Below, one piece after another: positions 48,185-61,105 of a stretch of DNA of 64,000 nt. Positions within the stretch are counted from its first letter, which is position 1. Every line of letters starts with the position of its first letter. Under the pieces are notes generated by a model. The model was given only the letters and a program-made list of their open reading frames with translations. It was not told the DNA's origin and searched no databases. The stretch covers positions 992,001 through 1,056,000 of the forward strand of contig OZ037833.1 in assembly GCA_964035575.1 (NCBI GenBank), given 5' to 3'. Origin of the DNA: Rhynchopus sp. YZ270_cl-10. Taxonomy: Eukaryota. A program made the translations under genes and the position numbers.

Positions 48185-50712
48185 TTTTGTGTGTCTTTCT
48201 CTGTGTGTGGGATAGGATTGAGCAGCCCCGAGGCCCTATAGCAATCAAAATCGAGAGTTCCCAAATAAAAAGAGTAGTTGAAACGTCCCAAGACACAGCT
48301 CCGTCAAATTCATGCAAAGTGTGAGACGTGAGTGGAGTGTACCGTAAGAGAACGGAGGCGGTTCCCTACCACTCGGCAAGCCTGACCTCATAATACCCTA
48401 GTCTTAACAGTTGGGTATAATCTTGCAAGCGATAGTTACCGTGAATCAGTGGGACCCGAGGATCAATCTGAATGGCTGAAAGTTCCAAACGCGAACGTCC
48501 CATCGCTTTGGGTAAACAAACTCCCTAGCGGCACCAAAGTCCTTCTGTAGTAATGGGAGGATCTACGCGTCAAATGGATTTCTAGTGTGCGTTGGAGGAC
48601 CAGGCTGGTAACTGGTGAGATGTGGGGGAGGGACGCAAGGAAAAAAGGGAGGGGTGACTTGTTTCAGATTGTGTTTTATGAAAACTTGAAATACAATTCA
48701 AAAAACTAAAATGGGGGTAAGCGATGAAGACAAACATGCCCTTTTGAGCACATACATCTTAAAAACAAAATGGAGAGAACTGACGCACAGATGTACGTCG
48801 TTCTAATGGTGGAGAGGGGGAGAAGGGAAACATTTGATTGAGGGATGGACCCTGATGGTCAATGGTTCAAAGTCAATGTAGACAAAATATTCAGGACAGA
48901 GAGTTTTAAAAACAAAGAAAGTTTTTGGTAAAGATGAAACCTCAAACGTGCTTGGCCACCTTTTCTAAAAGAATAAAAACATAAGCTAATGCAGATAACT
49001 TCATCTTGAAGGTCGTCCACCCCCTCGTCTGAAGGGTGAATACAATCAGATGACTGTTTTGCAGCAGATATTTCTGCCGAATCATTGCGAAAAGCATACA
49101 AAATATTTTTCTCCTCTTTCACACACAAAGACACTGAACCAACAAAAGACAACCATCGGAGGAGCGACGTGCACGCACCCCTTGAGAGTGTGTGGGCATC
49201 TCTCCTCACCAACAGCGCAAAACAAAAAAAAAGAAAATACATTCATATACTTACTATTTATAACACAAACAGTAAGCACGAAAGAAAAACAAAAAGAAAA
49301 ACAAAAATAACACTTTCTTTACATCGTAAATAATCCGTCTCGAGTCCAATGAATATGCCTCTCGTGCACAGACATCTCAAACAAAGCCCAGGGTATCAAC
49401 TCTGGCCATGGCGCACTCAGACGGATTATTAACTATTTTATTTTTTCATTTCATTTCATTTTTAATTCGTAGGAATATTAACAAGAAGTGGTCGACAATA
49501 CGACTCTAAACAAAACACAAAAAAAACAAGATGCTGTTGAATAAGAAATTAGAGGCCATAAAAGGCTGTCGCAAGAAGAAGATAGGAAACAAAACAATCT
49601 TGAATGTGGAAAATATGTTGGAAAAATAAATTGTAAGATGAATGTGTCTCGTGGGAGGACACACGCAAAAGAGAAGATACCCACCCCCCGCATGGAGGGG
49701 GGGAAGCGATGAAGAAAATACAAGAAAAATAACATCAAATAGTGATGACTGTGTTGTGTAAAGTGTTCGTTGCTCTTGGCTCTTTGCTCTTTGCTTGGCA
49801 GACTGCACCGCGTTGCGTACATTCAACACTTTTTTGGTAAGATAATGCTAAGCCTCACAGTGCTTAGCGCATCTTCAAAAATTGGATTCAGCACGTTTCG
49901 CATGCGTATTTGCGTTGTCCAGTCACCCCGGACAATCAATCACACAAAAGAAAACAAAAGAAAAGAAAAATGAACACACATTCACACATGCACACAGTCT
50001 CACAAATTAACAACAAAATATGTACATAAATTAAGACAAAAAATAACAAATCTGGTCATGTCGCTCCACGGTCACACACAAACATAAAACGAATGAAACA
50101 ACATGCAGTGTCGGTAAAGCACCGTACTCATGTCGGGAACGCCAACCAGTTGGGTCGGGTTCACAAGCATGAGCACGTCCATCCGTTTATTCGTTTCTGT
50201 TCGTGGTAACCGAATGAGATTGTTACATCTCAGTGGATAGGTTTTTGAGCAGATGGGCCAGACTTTTGCTGAAAAAGCAAATAAAATAAAACAAAACAAA
50301 AGAAACATAACACTCCTCCCGTTTTCCTTTTCGAGAGACGAATGTGCCCACAAATAAAATAGGCACACAAAGTCTATTTTCAAAAATAAGTGCAAAAAAA
50401 ATGCGTTGCTGCACACTCCAAGTGACAACAGGTGCAAATGCCCTGTATATTCATCAGAAGACGTGCGCAAAAGCAGGGAAGGTGGTCAAAATAAAACAAA
50501 ACAAAAACAAAAACAAAAACAAACAAAACTATAATAATCTAGAACATGAATGGGCTGCGATGGATGGTCCCTTGCGCAACATTGGGAGAAGAATTGTCAT
50601 TGTCACGACGGAGCCTGTGTGGGTGGGCGTCAGTGCCCACGCACAGCCTCACACGGGAACACTTGCACCTACACGACCACACCTACCAACTGTCGTCTTC
50701 CTCTGCAGAGAC

Positions 50713-52443
50713 CTACAGAAGATCCCACAGAAGCAGCGTGCCGTCGTGGCTTGCTGTGGCAAGGCGTGTGCTGTCGGGTGAGAACGCGAGACGCGGGAGC
50801 CCTGCACGCGTGTGCCCGTAGAGCTGGTGTGCCACACTCCCAGCCGCACGCCACACCGTCACCTCACCCTCCCCGACAGCAGCAAGCAGTGCCCCGTTTG
50901 GCGAGTGCCGAGCGTCAAACACAGTCTTCGTCTGCGTCTCAAGCACAAGGCGCTCCGTCACCGCACCCTCGCCCACAGCCCCGCCGGCCCACTTGCTCAT
51001 GCGCACCGTCCCGTCGTCCATCCCACGCAGCAGCTCGTCACCAGACGCAGAGAACGACAGTGCCGTCACACGTGCAAAGCGCGACGGCAGCTCCGCCACC
51101 TTGGCACCGTTCTGCACACGCCACACCGTCACAACCTCGTCCACCTCCGTGCCCCACGACGTGGCCAGCAGCGCCCCGTCTGCAGAGAACGCCACCTCGC
51201 GTGCGTGCTTGTGGATCACAATCTCCGGCTCCAGCGAACCCGACATCACGTCAAACACACGTGTGCGCATGTCGCTCCCACCACCGCTCACAACAAGGAA
51301 GCGTGCGTCGGGAGTGAAGCGCACACGGCGCACCGGCACACTCCCCACCGCACGCATGTCCATCAGCGTCAACTCGAGCTCCCCCGTCACAGCGTCGCAC
51401 ACAACAACACGCCCACCAGCACCACCCACAGCAACACGTGCTCCGTCGCTCGAGAACGTCACGTCGTATGACGCAAAGTCTGCACACGCCAGCTTCGCCA
51501 CCTGCACCCCAGTCGTGCTGTCGAACACACGCACCCCGTCGTCGCTCCCTGTTGCAACACGGCTCCCGTCTGCAGAGAACCCAACAGCCAGGAGGCGGCC
51601 AGACTGCACCACACGCCATGCACACTCACGTGACGCTGTCGCCTCGCATGTGAGGGGTGCCGTGTCTGGGGCAGTGCACTGTGTGGGTGCAGGTGTGTCT
51701 GGGACTGGTGTGGGTGGTGCAGAGGTTGGCGGTGCAGGTGTTGGGGGTGCGCTGGTTGGTGGTGACGGTGTGGGTGGGGACGGTGTCAGTGGCGCAGGTG
51801 TCAGTGGCGACGTCGTCGGTGGTGCAGGCGTCGGTGGCGATGGTGTCAGTGGCGCTGGTGTCGGTGGCGACGACGTCGGTGGTGCAGATGTTGGGGGTGA
51901 CGATGTCGGTGGCGGCATAGTTGGCACTGCTGTCGGTGGCACGGGTGTCGGCGGTGACGGAGTTGGGGGTGCCACTGTCGGTGGTGCGGGTGTCGGTGGC
52001 GATGGTGTTGGGGGTGCACTGGTTGGTGGTGCTGCGCAGACGAAGTTGCCGACAAAGCCTGACTTCACAACAGAGCCGTCGGTGGTGAACTTCAGGAAGA
52101 GCGGCCCTGCGAAGGTCATTGTGCTGCTAGCCGAGCCCTTCAGTGTGCTCACCAGGGTGTACGTGTCCTCGGATGTTTCGGTGTAGATGTTCAGGGGGTC
52201 GCAGCAGGACTCCGTCTCGAAATACGACCATGTGATGGTCACGTCTGTGCTGCATTCGATCTTCCAGCAGTCAATCTCGCCGTTAGCATACGGCGACGCT
52301 GAGGCAATGCGGCCAGAGGACCCGAAGACCTCCAGGCTCTTGCACGCCGTCCCTGTGCCTGGCACAGCTGTCACCTGACCGTGGGCGGTCTTCGTGTACA
52401 GCGGCAGCAACAGCAACAACGCCCAACACAGAGACGGGGCCAT
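50713..52443 (-). CDS. Secreted CUB + Pro/Thr-rich linker + WD40 beta-propeller protein, copy 1 (576 aa)
   Basis: Signal peptide [18 protein letters not shown] ([30 protein letters not shown]); PPTPA repeats; WD40 ([22 protein letters not shown]). Confidence 0.9.
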   Translation of the reverse strand: MAPSLCWALLLLLPLYTKTAHGQVTAVPGTGTACKSLEVFGSSGRIASASPYANGEIDCWKIECSTDVTITWSYFETESCCDPLNIYTETSEDTYTLVSTLKGSASSTMTFAGPLFLKFTTDGSVVKSGFVGNFVCAAPPTSAPPTPSPPTPAPPTVAPPTPSPPTPVPPTAVPTMPPPTSSPPTSAPPTSSPPTPAPLTPSPPTPAPPTTSPLTPAPLTPSPPTPSPPTSAPPTPAPPTSAPPTPVPDTPAPTQCTAPDTAPLTCEATASRECAWRVVQSGRLLAVGFSADGSRVATGSDDGVRVFDSTTGVQVAKLACADFASYDVTFSSDGARVAVGGAGGRVVVCDAVTGELELTLMDMRAVGSVPVRRVRFTPDARFLVVSGGGSDMRTRVFDVMSGSLEPEIVIHKHAREVAFSADGALLATSWGTEVDEVVTVWRVQNGAKVAELPSRFARVTALSFSASGDELLRGMDDGTVRMSKWAGGAVGEGAVTERLVLETQTKTVFDARHSPNGALLAAVGEGEVTVWRAAGSVAHQLYGHTRAGLPRLAFSPDSTRLATASHDGTLLLWDLL

Positions 52444-54617
52444 TTTGTTCTAGGGAATGTAAAGAAAAGAAAAGAAAGTGGGTTGTGTTCGGTAGAGAGT
52501 TAACCTGCGGGAGGGGGTGAGTGGGGTGTGCAGTGTTCGTGTGCAAAGGGTGTGCGAGCCGTTGGTGCGGTGTTGCCAAACAATTGTGCCAGAAGAAGAT
52601 GACCATCTGCGGGAGAGTTGCAGGGGAAAAAAGAGGGGGTAACTTGTTTCAGATTGTTTTATGAAAACTTGAAATACAATTCAAAAACCAAAATGGGGGT
52701 AAGCGATGAAGACAAATATGCCCTTTTGAGCACATACATCTTAAAAACAAAATGGAGAGAACTGACGCACAGATGTACGTCGTTCTAATGGTGGAGAGGG
52801 GGAGAAGGGAAACATTTGCTTGAGGGATGGACCCTGATGGTCAATGGTTCAAAGCCAATGGAGACAAAATATTCAGGACAGAGAGTTTTAAAAACAGAGA
52901 AAGTTTTTTGGTAAAGATGGAACCTCAAACGTGCTTGGCCACCTTTTCTAAAAGAATAAAAACATAAGCTAATGCAGATAACTTCATCTTGAAGGTCGTC
53001 CACCCCCTCGTCTGAAGGGTGAATACAATCAGATGACTGTTTTGCAGCAGATATTTCTGCCGAATCATTGCGAAAGCATACAAAATATTTCTCTCCTCTT
53101 TCACACACAAAGACACTGAACCAACAAAAGACAACCATCGGAGGAAGGACGTGGACGTACCCCTTGAGAGTGTGTGGGCATCGCTCCTCACCAACAGCGC
53201 AAAACAAAAAACAAAAATAACACTTTCTTTACATCGTAAATAATCCGTCTCGAGTCCAATGAATGTGCCTCTCGTGCACAGACATCTCAAACAAAGCCCA
53301 GGGTATCAACTCTGGCCATGGCGCACTCAGACGGATTATCAACTATTTTATTTTTTCATTTCATTTTTAATTCGTAGGAATATTAACAAGAAGTGGTCGA
53401 CAATACGACTCTAAACAAAACACAAAAAAAACAAGATGCTGTTGAATAAGAAATTAGAGGCCATAAAAGGCTGTCGCAAGAAGAAGATAGGAAACAAAAC
53501 AATCTTGAATGTGGAAAATATGTTGGAAAAATAAATTGTAAGATGAATGTGTCTCGTGGGAGGACACACGCAAAAGAGAAGATACCCACCCCCCGCATGG
53601 AGGGGGGGAAGCGATGAAGAAAATACAAGAAAAATAACATCAAATAGTGATGACTGTGTTGTGTAAAGTGTTCGTTGCTCTTGGCTCTTTGCTCTTTGCT
53701 TGGCAGACTGCACCGCGTTGCGTACATTCAACACTTTTTTGGTAAGATAATGCTAAGCCTCACAGTGCTTAGCGCATCTTCAAAAATTGGATTCAGCACG
53801 TTTCGCATGCGTATTTGCGTTGTCCAGTCACCCCGGACAATCAATCACACAAAAGAAAACAAAAGAAAAGAAAAATGAACACACATTCACACATGCACAC
53901 AGTCTCACAAATTAACAACAAAATATGTACATAAATTAAGACAAAAAATAACAAATCTGGTCATGTCGCTCCACGGTCACACACAAACATAAAACGAATG
54001 AAACAACATGCAGTGTCGGTAAAGCACCGTACTCATGTCGGGAACGCCAACCAGTTGGGTCGGGTTCACAAGCATGAGCACGTCCATCCGTTTATTCGTT
54101 TCTGTTCGTGGTAACCGAATGAGATTGTTACATCTCAGTGGATAGGTTTTTGAGCAGATGGGCCAGACTTTTGCTGAAAAAGCAAATAAAATAAAACAAA
54201 ACAAAAGAAACATAACACTCCTCCCGTTTTCCTTTTCGAGAGACGAATGTGCCCACAAATAAAATAGGCACACAAAGTCTATTTTCAAAAATAAGTGCAA
54301 AAAAAATGCGTTGCTGCACACTCCAAGTGACAACAGGTGCAAATGCCCTGTATATTCATCAGAAGACGTGCGCAAAAGCAGGGAAGGTGGTCAAAATAAA
54401 ACAAAACAAAAACAAAAACAAAAACAAACAAAACTATAATAATCTAGAACATGAATGGGCTGCGATGGATGGTCCCTTGCGCAACATTGGGAGAAGAATT
54501 GTCATTGTCACGACGGAGCCTGTGTGGGTGGGCGTCAGTGCCCACGCACAGCCTCACACGGGAACACTTGCACCTACACGACCACACCTACCAACTGTCG
54601 TCTTCCTCTGCAGAGAC

Positions 54618-56348
54618 CTACAGAAGATCCCACAGAAGCAGCGTGCCGTCGTGGCTTGCTGTGGCAAGGCGTGTGCTGTCGGGTGAGAACGCGAGACGCG
54701 GGAGCCCTGCACGCGTGTGCCCGTAGAGCTGGTGTGCCACACTCCCAGCCGCACGCCACACCGTCACCTCACCCTCCCCGACAGCAGCAAGCAGTGCCCC
54801 GTTTGGCGAGTGCCGAGCGTCAAACACAGTCTTCGTCTGCGTCTCAAGCACAAGGCGCTCCGTCACCGCACCCTCGCCCACAGCCCCGCCGGCCCACTTG
54901 CTCATGCGCACCGTCCCGTCGTCCATCCCACGCAGCAGCTCGTCACCAGACGCAGAGAACGACAGTGCCGTCACACGTGCAAAGCGCGACGGCAGCTCCG
55001 CCACCTTGGCACCGTTCTGCACACGCCACACCGTCACAACCTCGTCCACCTCCGTGCCCCACGACGTGGCCAGCAGCGCCCCGTCTGCAGAGAACGCCAC
55101 CTCGCGTGCGTGCTTGTGGATCACAATCTCCGGCTCCAGCGAACCCGACATCACGTCAAACACACGTGTGCGCATGTCGCTCCCACCACCGCTCACAACA
55201 AGGAAGCGTGCGTCGGGAGTGAAGCGCACACGGCGCACCGGCACACTCCCCACCGCACGCATGTCCATCAGCGTCAACTCGAGCTCCCCCGTCACAGCGT
55301 CGCACACAACAACACGCCCACCAGCACCACCCACAGCAACACGTGCTCCGTCGCTCGAGAACGTCACGTCGTATGACGCAAAGTCTGCACACGCCAGCTT
55401 CGCCACCTGCACCCCAGTCGTGCTGTCGAACACACGCACCCCGTCGTCGCTCCCTGTTGCAACACGGCTCCCGTCTGCAGAGAACCCAACAGCCAGGAGG
55501 CGGCCAGACTGCACCACACGCCATGCACACTCACGTGACGCTGTCGCCTCGCATGTGAGGGGTGCCGTGTCTGGGGCAGTGCACTGTGTGGGTGCAGGTG
55601 TGTCTGGGACTGGTGTGGGTGGTGCAGAGGTTGGCGGTGCAGGTGTTGGGGGTGCGCTGGTTGGTGGTGACGGTGTGGGTGGGGACGGTGTCAGTGGCGC
55701 AGGTGTCAGTGGCGACGTCGTCGGTGGTGCAGGCGTCGGTGGCGATGGTGTCAGTGGCGCTGGTGTCGGTGGCGACGACGTCGGTGGTGCAGATGTTGGG
55801 GGTGACGATGTCGGTGGCGGCATAGTTGGCACTGCTGTCGGTGGCACGGGTGTCGGCGGTGACGGAGTTGGGGGTGCCACTGTCGGTGGTGCGGGTGTCG
55901 GTGGCGATGGTGTTGGGGGTGCACTGGTTGGTGGTGCTGCGCAGACGAAGTTGCCGACAAAGCCTGACTTCACAACAGAGCCGTCGGTGGTGAACTTCAG
56001 GAAGAGCGGCCCTGCGAAGGTCATTGTGCTGCTAGCCGAGCCCTTCAGTGTGCTCACCAGGTTGTACGTGTCCTCGGATGTTTCGGTGTAGATGTTCAGG
56101 GGGTCGCAGCAGGACTCTGTCTCGAAATACGACCATGTGATGGTCACGTCTGTGCTGCATTCGATCTTCCAGCAGTCAATCTCGCCGTTAGCATACGGCG
56201 ACGCTGAGGCAATGCGGCCAGAGGACCCGAAGACCTCCAGGCTCTTGCACGCCGTCCCTGTGCCTGGCACAGCTGTCACCTGACCGTGGGCGGTCTTCGT
56301 GTACAGCGGCAGCAACAGCAACAACGCCCAACACAGAGACGGGGCCAT
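54618..56348 (-). CDS. Secreted CUB + Pro/Thr-rich linker + WD40 beta-propeller protein, copy 2 (576 aa)
   Basis: As copy 1, with one T/N amino-acid difference. Confidence 0.9.
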   Translation of the reverse strand: MAPSLCWALLLLLPLYTKTAHGQVTAVPGTGTACKSLEVFGSSGRIASASPYANGEIDCWKIECSTDVTITWSYFETESCCDPLNIYTETSEDTYNLVSTLKGSASSTMTFAGPLFLKFTTDGSVVKSGFVGNFVCAAPPTSAPPTPSPPTPAPPTVAPPTPSPPTPVPPTAVPTMPPPTSSPPTSAPPTSSPPTPAPLTPSPPTPAPPTTSPLTPAPLTPSPPTPSPPTSAPPTPAPPTSAPPTPVPDTPAPTQCTAPDTAPLTCEATASRECAWRVVQSGRLLAVGFSADGSRVATGSDDGVRVFDSTTGVQVAKLACADFASYDVTFSSDGARVAVGGAGGRVVVCDAVTGELELTLMDMRAVGSVPVRRVRFTPDARFLVVSGGGSDMRTRVFDVMSGSLEPEIVIHKHAREVAFSADGALLATSWGTEVDEVVTVWRVQNGAKVAELPSRFARVTALSFSASGDELLRGMDDGTVRMSKWAGGAVGEGAVTERLVLETQTKTVFDARHSPNGALLAAVGEGEVTVWRAAGSVAHQLYGHTRAGLPRLAFSPDSTRLATASHDGTLLLWDLL

Positions 56349-57074
56349 TTTGTTCTAGGGAATGTAAAGAAAAGAAAAGAAAGTGGGTTGTGTTCGGTAG
56401 AGAGTTAACCTGCGGGAGGGGGTGAGTGGAGTAGAGAGTGGGGTGTGCAGTGTTCGTGTGCAAAGGGTGTGCGAGCCGTTGGTGCAGTGTTGATGTCGTC
56501 AATTCGTCCAGGAGACGATACCACCTTTTTACAGCTACGTCTGTGGAGACTGTGCTAAAAATTTCTGAAGCAACAATATGAAGCACAAAATGCATAAAAA
56601 AAATGAACCTGAAGTGAAAATACTGCAAACGGGAGTGGGTTGGGGATTCTATTTAATTTCAAAGAGAAGTTGAAAGTGCACACGCCTTACCGTTCATTGG
56701 CTTCAGGAGGCGCCTCAAAACAATTGTCAACTTGTGTAAAAATATAAACTGGAGAAGATTTAGTCAAGGGAAGGGGGAAGAGGGGGGCTACGGCAGTTGC
56801 AGGGGTATATTCAAGGAAAGAAATTTTTGTGTTGACAATTTGCTCTACCCTAAAAGTGGGTAAATATCTGTGCGAAATGTCGGACGAAGTCTATGTCCTG
56901 CATGTAGGTATAGACGCAGGTCGTCCTCTACACTTTAGATGAACTTCTTTTTGTTGTCAACAATGTCGCCCCACCGAGGTGGAGCGCTGTACGCAATAAT
57001 GCCCAAATGGGATTGGGACTGCTTACAGACGGCAAACATTTACGTTCTTTCTTCTTTGCTTTTGCGGACGTGTT

Positions 57075-57773
57075 TCAGGCCCGCTTGACAAAGAAAAACT
57101 TATAGCATTCGCCCTCTGGCATGGAAACTGCGTTTGTGTCGTTCAGACGCCAACGTCCTGTACGTTGTGAGGAAATGAAAACGTGGAGGGGAAAAGAAGG
57201 AAGATGAAACATGAATACTACTATGCATCTGAGGCGGCACATCTGTTACACATTAACGCAAGGTGTCCTAAGGCAAGCTCAGTGAGAACAGAAATCTCAC
57301 GTAGAGCATAAGGGTAAAAAGCTTGCTCGATTGGGGCCGTATTCTGCGCAATAAGTTCCCCTTTTCGTTTTGAGATACAGAACAAGAAGAATAATAAACC
57401 TCAGGGCAGCCAGCATGCCAAAAAAATGACTTAAATCGAAATATTGCATTGTGAAGTAGCAACCTCCCTCCAAAAACCCCATACCTTCTTCATCTAAGGA
57501 GTCAAACAGTGCGCTGAAGAGCGACGAGATACCCACCTGGTCGCAGTACTGCCCACGCAGCTCGACCTGCCAGTGGGGGCAGTCTGTCGCGGGGGTAATC
57601 TTCTTCTGGAAGGTAGGCGCGCCCTTACGCCCTTCCTTCGACGTTGTGCAGACGCTAGGTAGGAGGACGTTCAAGTGCTCCACTGTCTTCTCTTTGATCG
57701 GTCCGATGATCGTGATCACTGGCGGGTTAAAACTCATCATCACAACCAGGTTCGGGGGTGCCGTGCTGCACAT
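57075..57773 (-). CDS. 123-aa globular hypothetical protein; join(57485-57773, 57075-57157)
   Basis: Phase-1 intron gtatgg..gtacag gives ..DSLDEEG|RWRLNDTNAVSMPEGECYKFFFVKRA*; strong coding composition; recalls small euglenozoan SFNPP..IGP proteins (from memory). Confidence 0.8.
57229..57332 (+). pseudogene. LSU (28S-type) rRNA fragment, domain V from the P-loop onward, inside an intron
   Basis: GGCGGCACATCTGTTA..GTGTCCTAAGGCAAGCTCAGTGAGAACAGAAATCTCACGTAGAGCATAAGGGTAAAA matches conserved eukaryotic LSU. Confidence 0.9.
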
Positions 57774-57981
57774 TGTTCCCTACCCCCCCCCACGCACCAC
57801 TACCTCTAGTTGCTTCGCTCTCGGTCTACTAGCAAAGGGCTACGATGTTCGCTAAAGGCAAGGACGCAACTGTGTAGCCAAATGGAAAGCTTTTTTGTGC
57901 CTGTTTGGTGAGGTTGAGGGAGAGTAAGGGGGGGCAGGGGCAGTGTTCTAAAAATGCATCTTGATTTGTATTGATACATAT

Positions 57982-58583
57982 GGGTCGATTTCAAAACCCC
58001 CCCCCCCCCCCAAAAGTTCTTTTTTGTCTTTTTCATGATATAGGCAGTTTTTTTGCAGTCTGAGGTCCGGAACCGCCCCAAAAACGATTTTCTGGGAGGT
58101 TTTGGGAGGTTTTGGGGCGAAATGGACCTTTTTTGACCATTTTTATGGTATTTTTAGGCTGTTTTTGGCCCTTCTTCTTACACAGCCTATTGGGGGTCAA
58201 AATAGCTATTTTTGACCAAAAAACATCAAATAAGCACCAAGAAAAGTGCCAAATGTGCCCAAAACAGGTCGGATTGGGCTCACAGCCCATTTTTGGGATA
58301 TATTTGGGCCAACGGAGGCCTCCTGGCGTCAAATAAATTGTGTTTTTTGGTCAAAAATAGCTATTTTGACCCCCAATAGGCTGTGTAAGAAGAAGGGCCA
58401 AAAACAGCCTAAAAATACCATAAAAATGGTCAAAAAAGGTCCATTTCGCCCCAAAACCTCCCAAAACCTCCCAGAAAATCGTTTTTGGGGCGGTTCCGGA
58501 CCTCAGACTGCAAAAAAACTGCCTATATCATGAAAAAGACAAAAAAGAACTTTTGGGGGGGGGGGGGGTTTTGAAATCGACCC
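57982..58583. mobile_element. Foldback-type element with ~244-bp arms
   Basis: Arms 57977-58225 and 58341-58588 appear identical except for a C15/G14 run; GGG..CCC ends flanked by ATAT. Confidence 0.92.
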
Positions 58584-58888
58584 ATATGCATAGGGAGGTA
58601 GGTCACGTATCTTAGAAGACTGAGGCGGTGGGGGTGGGTACTTCCGTATGAGACAAAAGAAAGTTGTTTCATATACTAACTATTCTACTGAATAGATGGT
58701 ATAATAATTAAAGTGAGACAAAAGAAAGGAACCAAAAAGGTTAAATCTGATGACCCTAAAGCCCTCTCATGTGCGTAGTGACCTTTGGTCACATTCGTTT
58801 ATCGCACAGAGCCCTCATCCGCGTTATCCGATGGATGTGGATTAATGTAACTATATTAGTATAAGGTAATAAAAGGCTTTGGTAGGTT

Positions 58889-59100
58889 GGGATTTGAGGT
58901 AACGTACACTTGTTGGGACCCGAAAGATGTCAAACCCATAAGCCGCACTGAAAGGGAGATGTGCCAATCCTTGAGGACGCAGCACAGCCCGATCCTGATT
59001 TACTGGAAAGGGATTTAAGGTAACGTACACTTGTTGGGACCCGAAAGATGGTGAACTATGCCTGGATAGGTCGAAGCCGGAGAAAACCCTGGTGGGGGCC
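58889..59100 (+). pseudogene. LSU rRNA fragment (D3 region and downstream core) with an internal 41-bp duplication
   Basis: GTTGGGACCCGAAAGATGGTGAACTATGCCTGGATAGGTCGAAGCCGGAGAAAACCCTGGTGG is conserved LSU; 58889-58929 repeats 59010-59050. Confidence 0.88.
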
Positions 59101-60163
59101 CTCTTCTCGTTGGGAGAAACGATAGGAAACGGGGGGAAAGAACAGAATCTTTTTTTTTTTTTTTTTGTGAAGGTTTCATGGGGGAAAAAGGGTTCAACGG
59201 TTTTGCTCCCAAAAAAAAATATAGAAAAACTTTGAAATGAATGGATCTCACAGATCCAGAACACCTGCTTGAAAAGTGGGGGGGAGGGGAGGGATGGGAA
59301 AGTAGAGGAACACCCAGACACATATACACACCCCCCCCCTCTCTGGGCACGGTTCCCCGCTCTAAGGAAACAACCCCGCCACCATCAATGAACACATCCA
59401 TTTTTTTTTGAAAAATTGAAAAAAAAAAAAAAATTGTTTTGTGTAGTTGCCACAGTTTGTGCAAATCTCCACTTTTCCAAAAAGTTCTTTTCATACTGGA
59501 CCATGTTTCCTTTATAACATCCCTGTCTGCTTCCAAACACAGAACACACACATACACACCCCATATCATATCAGCCCCGTGAGTTGCATAGAAAAGCCAT
59601 CTAACCCAAAAGGGGTTTGGCTAAAAAAAAAATGAAAACCAAAAAAGCCAACTTAGCTTTTAATATTTTCAAAAAAATTAGTTTCATATACTTTCAATGA
59701 GAAAGTACAAAAGGACGTTCTAATTCAGATCGATCCAATCTTTTTTTATTTGTTATAAAAAAAAGTGAAAACAAAAAAGAGAGATAAAACAGAACGACGA
59801 TGTGATTCGCGAACCCCTCTTGTTTTCCCCGACTGTCAAATTTAACACTCTCCCTGTTGAGTTAAGAGGAGAAGAAGGAAGGTTATCTATTCACTTTTCT
59901 CCACAAGAGAAAGAAGTTTTTTTTTTTTTTTCAAAACTTAAAAATACAAAGCCCTCTCGTGGCTGTGCGACCCTGGTGCATCCACCAAGAAACAAACAAA
60001 CAAAAAACATTACACCACACCACAGACACCGACACACCATGTGCAATGCTTCTCTCTTAGGAACTACTCAGTTTGCCTTCGACACACCGACACCTCCCCA
60101 CCCACCCCGAAACTATGGAAAAAGATTAGTTTATAAAATGGTTCCTAAGCTTGACGTGCTAAG

Positions 60164-61105
60164 CAGGCCTAATGCTAACTTTGGGGGAGGGGGGAAAAAA
60201 GTGAACCGACGGAAAAAAAAAAAAAAACGAAAAAAAAAAATTCCTCCCCTCCTCCGGGAAGGGGTCCAGGGTTTTCGCTTATCTTCATGAAAAAAAATTT
60301 TCCCCAAAATCGTGAAGATATGTCCAAAAAGGGGTCAAAATTTTTTTTTTCGCGCTCCGCGCGAAAAGGTCCGTTCATTTCGCGTAAATACGTGATGACG
60401 TGGGATGGTAACGTACATCAAGAACCAAACCAACCCTTTTCTCACGTTTTTCCACGTCAAGCCCTCGCATTAGGTTCTCTCTAGTGAACGAAACCTTCCC
60501 TCAGGACAAGAAGAAACGGCGGTTGATATCAAAACTTTCTGGCGAAGCCACGGTACGCAACATTTCAAAATTTGTGACCTAAAACCGAACATTTTTACAG
60601 CCAAACTATGGTAGAGGTCTGTGGGCTGCCAGTTTTTGAGCTGCGCCGCAGGCGCACGGTACGCTACTTTTTTAATTTTTGCCGGCAAGGGGGGGTGCAT
60701 CATTGAGTCCCTGAAACAAGTCTCCATCGTCACCGCCATCGCAATCGCCATCTTCGCTTTCCTCTTTAACATCAACAGATGCAACACTGCTCTCTGTATC
60801 TTCAGAGATCAGAACTTCTCCAACACTCGATGTCTCGTCGACTGACAGACCCTCCTCCTCCTCGAACCCAGTGGTGGGGCCGCAGTATGCACTGCTGTGT
60901 CCTTCTTTTAATCTCCCTTCCTCCTGAAGATGCGGGCGCAGGTGCCCACATCTCCAGGACCAAGGTACCCACGGCATACCACAGGCAGAGAACCCCCCAT
61001 CCCAAAAAACCCCCATTTTTAAGGGTGAACCGACGAACCAACGGATAAATAAAAAAAATAATAAATAAACGTGAACCGACGAACCAACGGTTAGCATTAG
61101 GCCTG
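60164..61105. mobile_element. Non-autonomous hAT-type element inserted in a family-D hairpin repeat
   Basis: 16-bp TIR CAGGCCTAATGCTAAC; TSD GTGCTAAG (60156-60163, 61106-61113); GTGAACCGACG subterminal repeats; partial shared core ~60515-60670. Confidence 0.9.

Larger units (their letters stand above)
48638..56492. repeat. Tandem segmental duplication, period 3905 bp over the gene (copy 1 ~48638-52575, copy 2 ~52623-56492)
   Basis: Duplicated ORF set offset by exactly 3905. Confidence 0.97.

Noticed and set aside
48927..48963. ACCTCAAACGTG resembling the ingi/L1Tc 77-nt HDV-ribozyme signature
   Set aside because: Only ~10 nt match with no P1 pairing; better explained as a family-D copy.
50550..52186. 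+ strand ORFs over the CUB-WD40 genes (and their duplicates)
   Set aside because: Antisense shadows of GC-rich coding sequence.
58748..58790. CTGATGA as a possible hammerhead core or C box
   Set aside because: No correctly placed GAAA with stems and no D box; it is a family-D variant.
57229..59100. Functional rRNA locus or naturally fragmented rRNA genes
   Set aside because: The pieces are short, out of order, and carry a P-loop substitution and an internal duplication.
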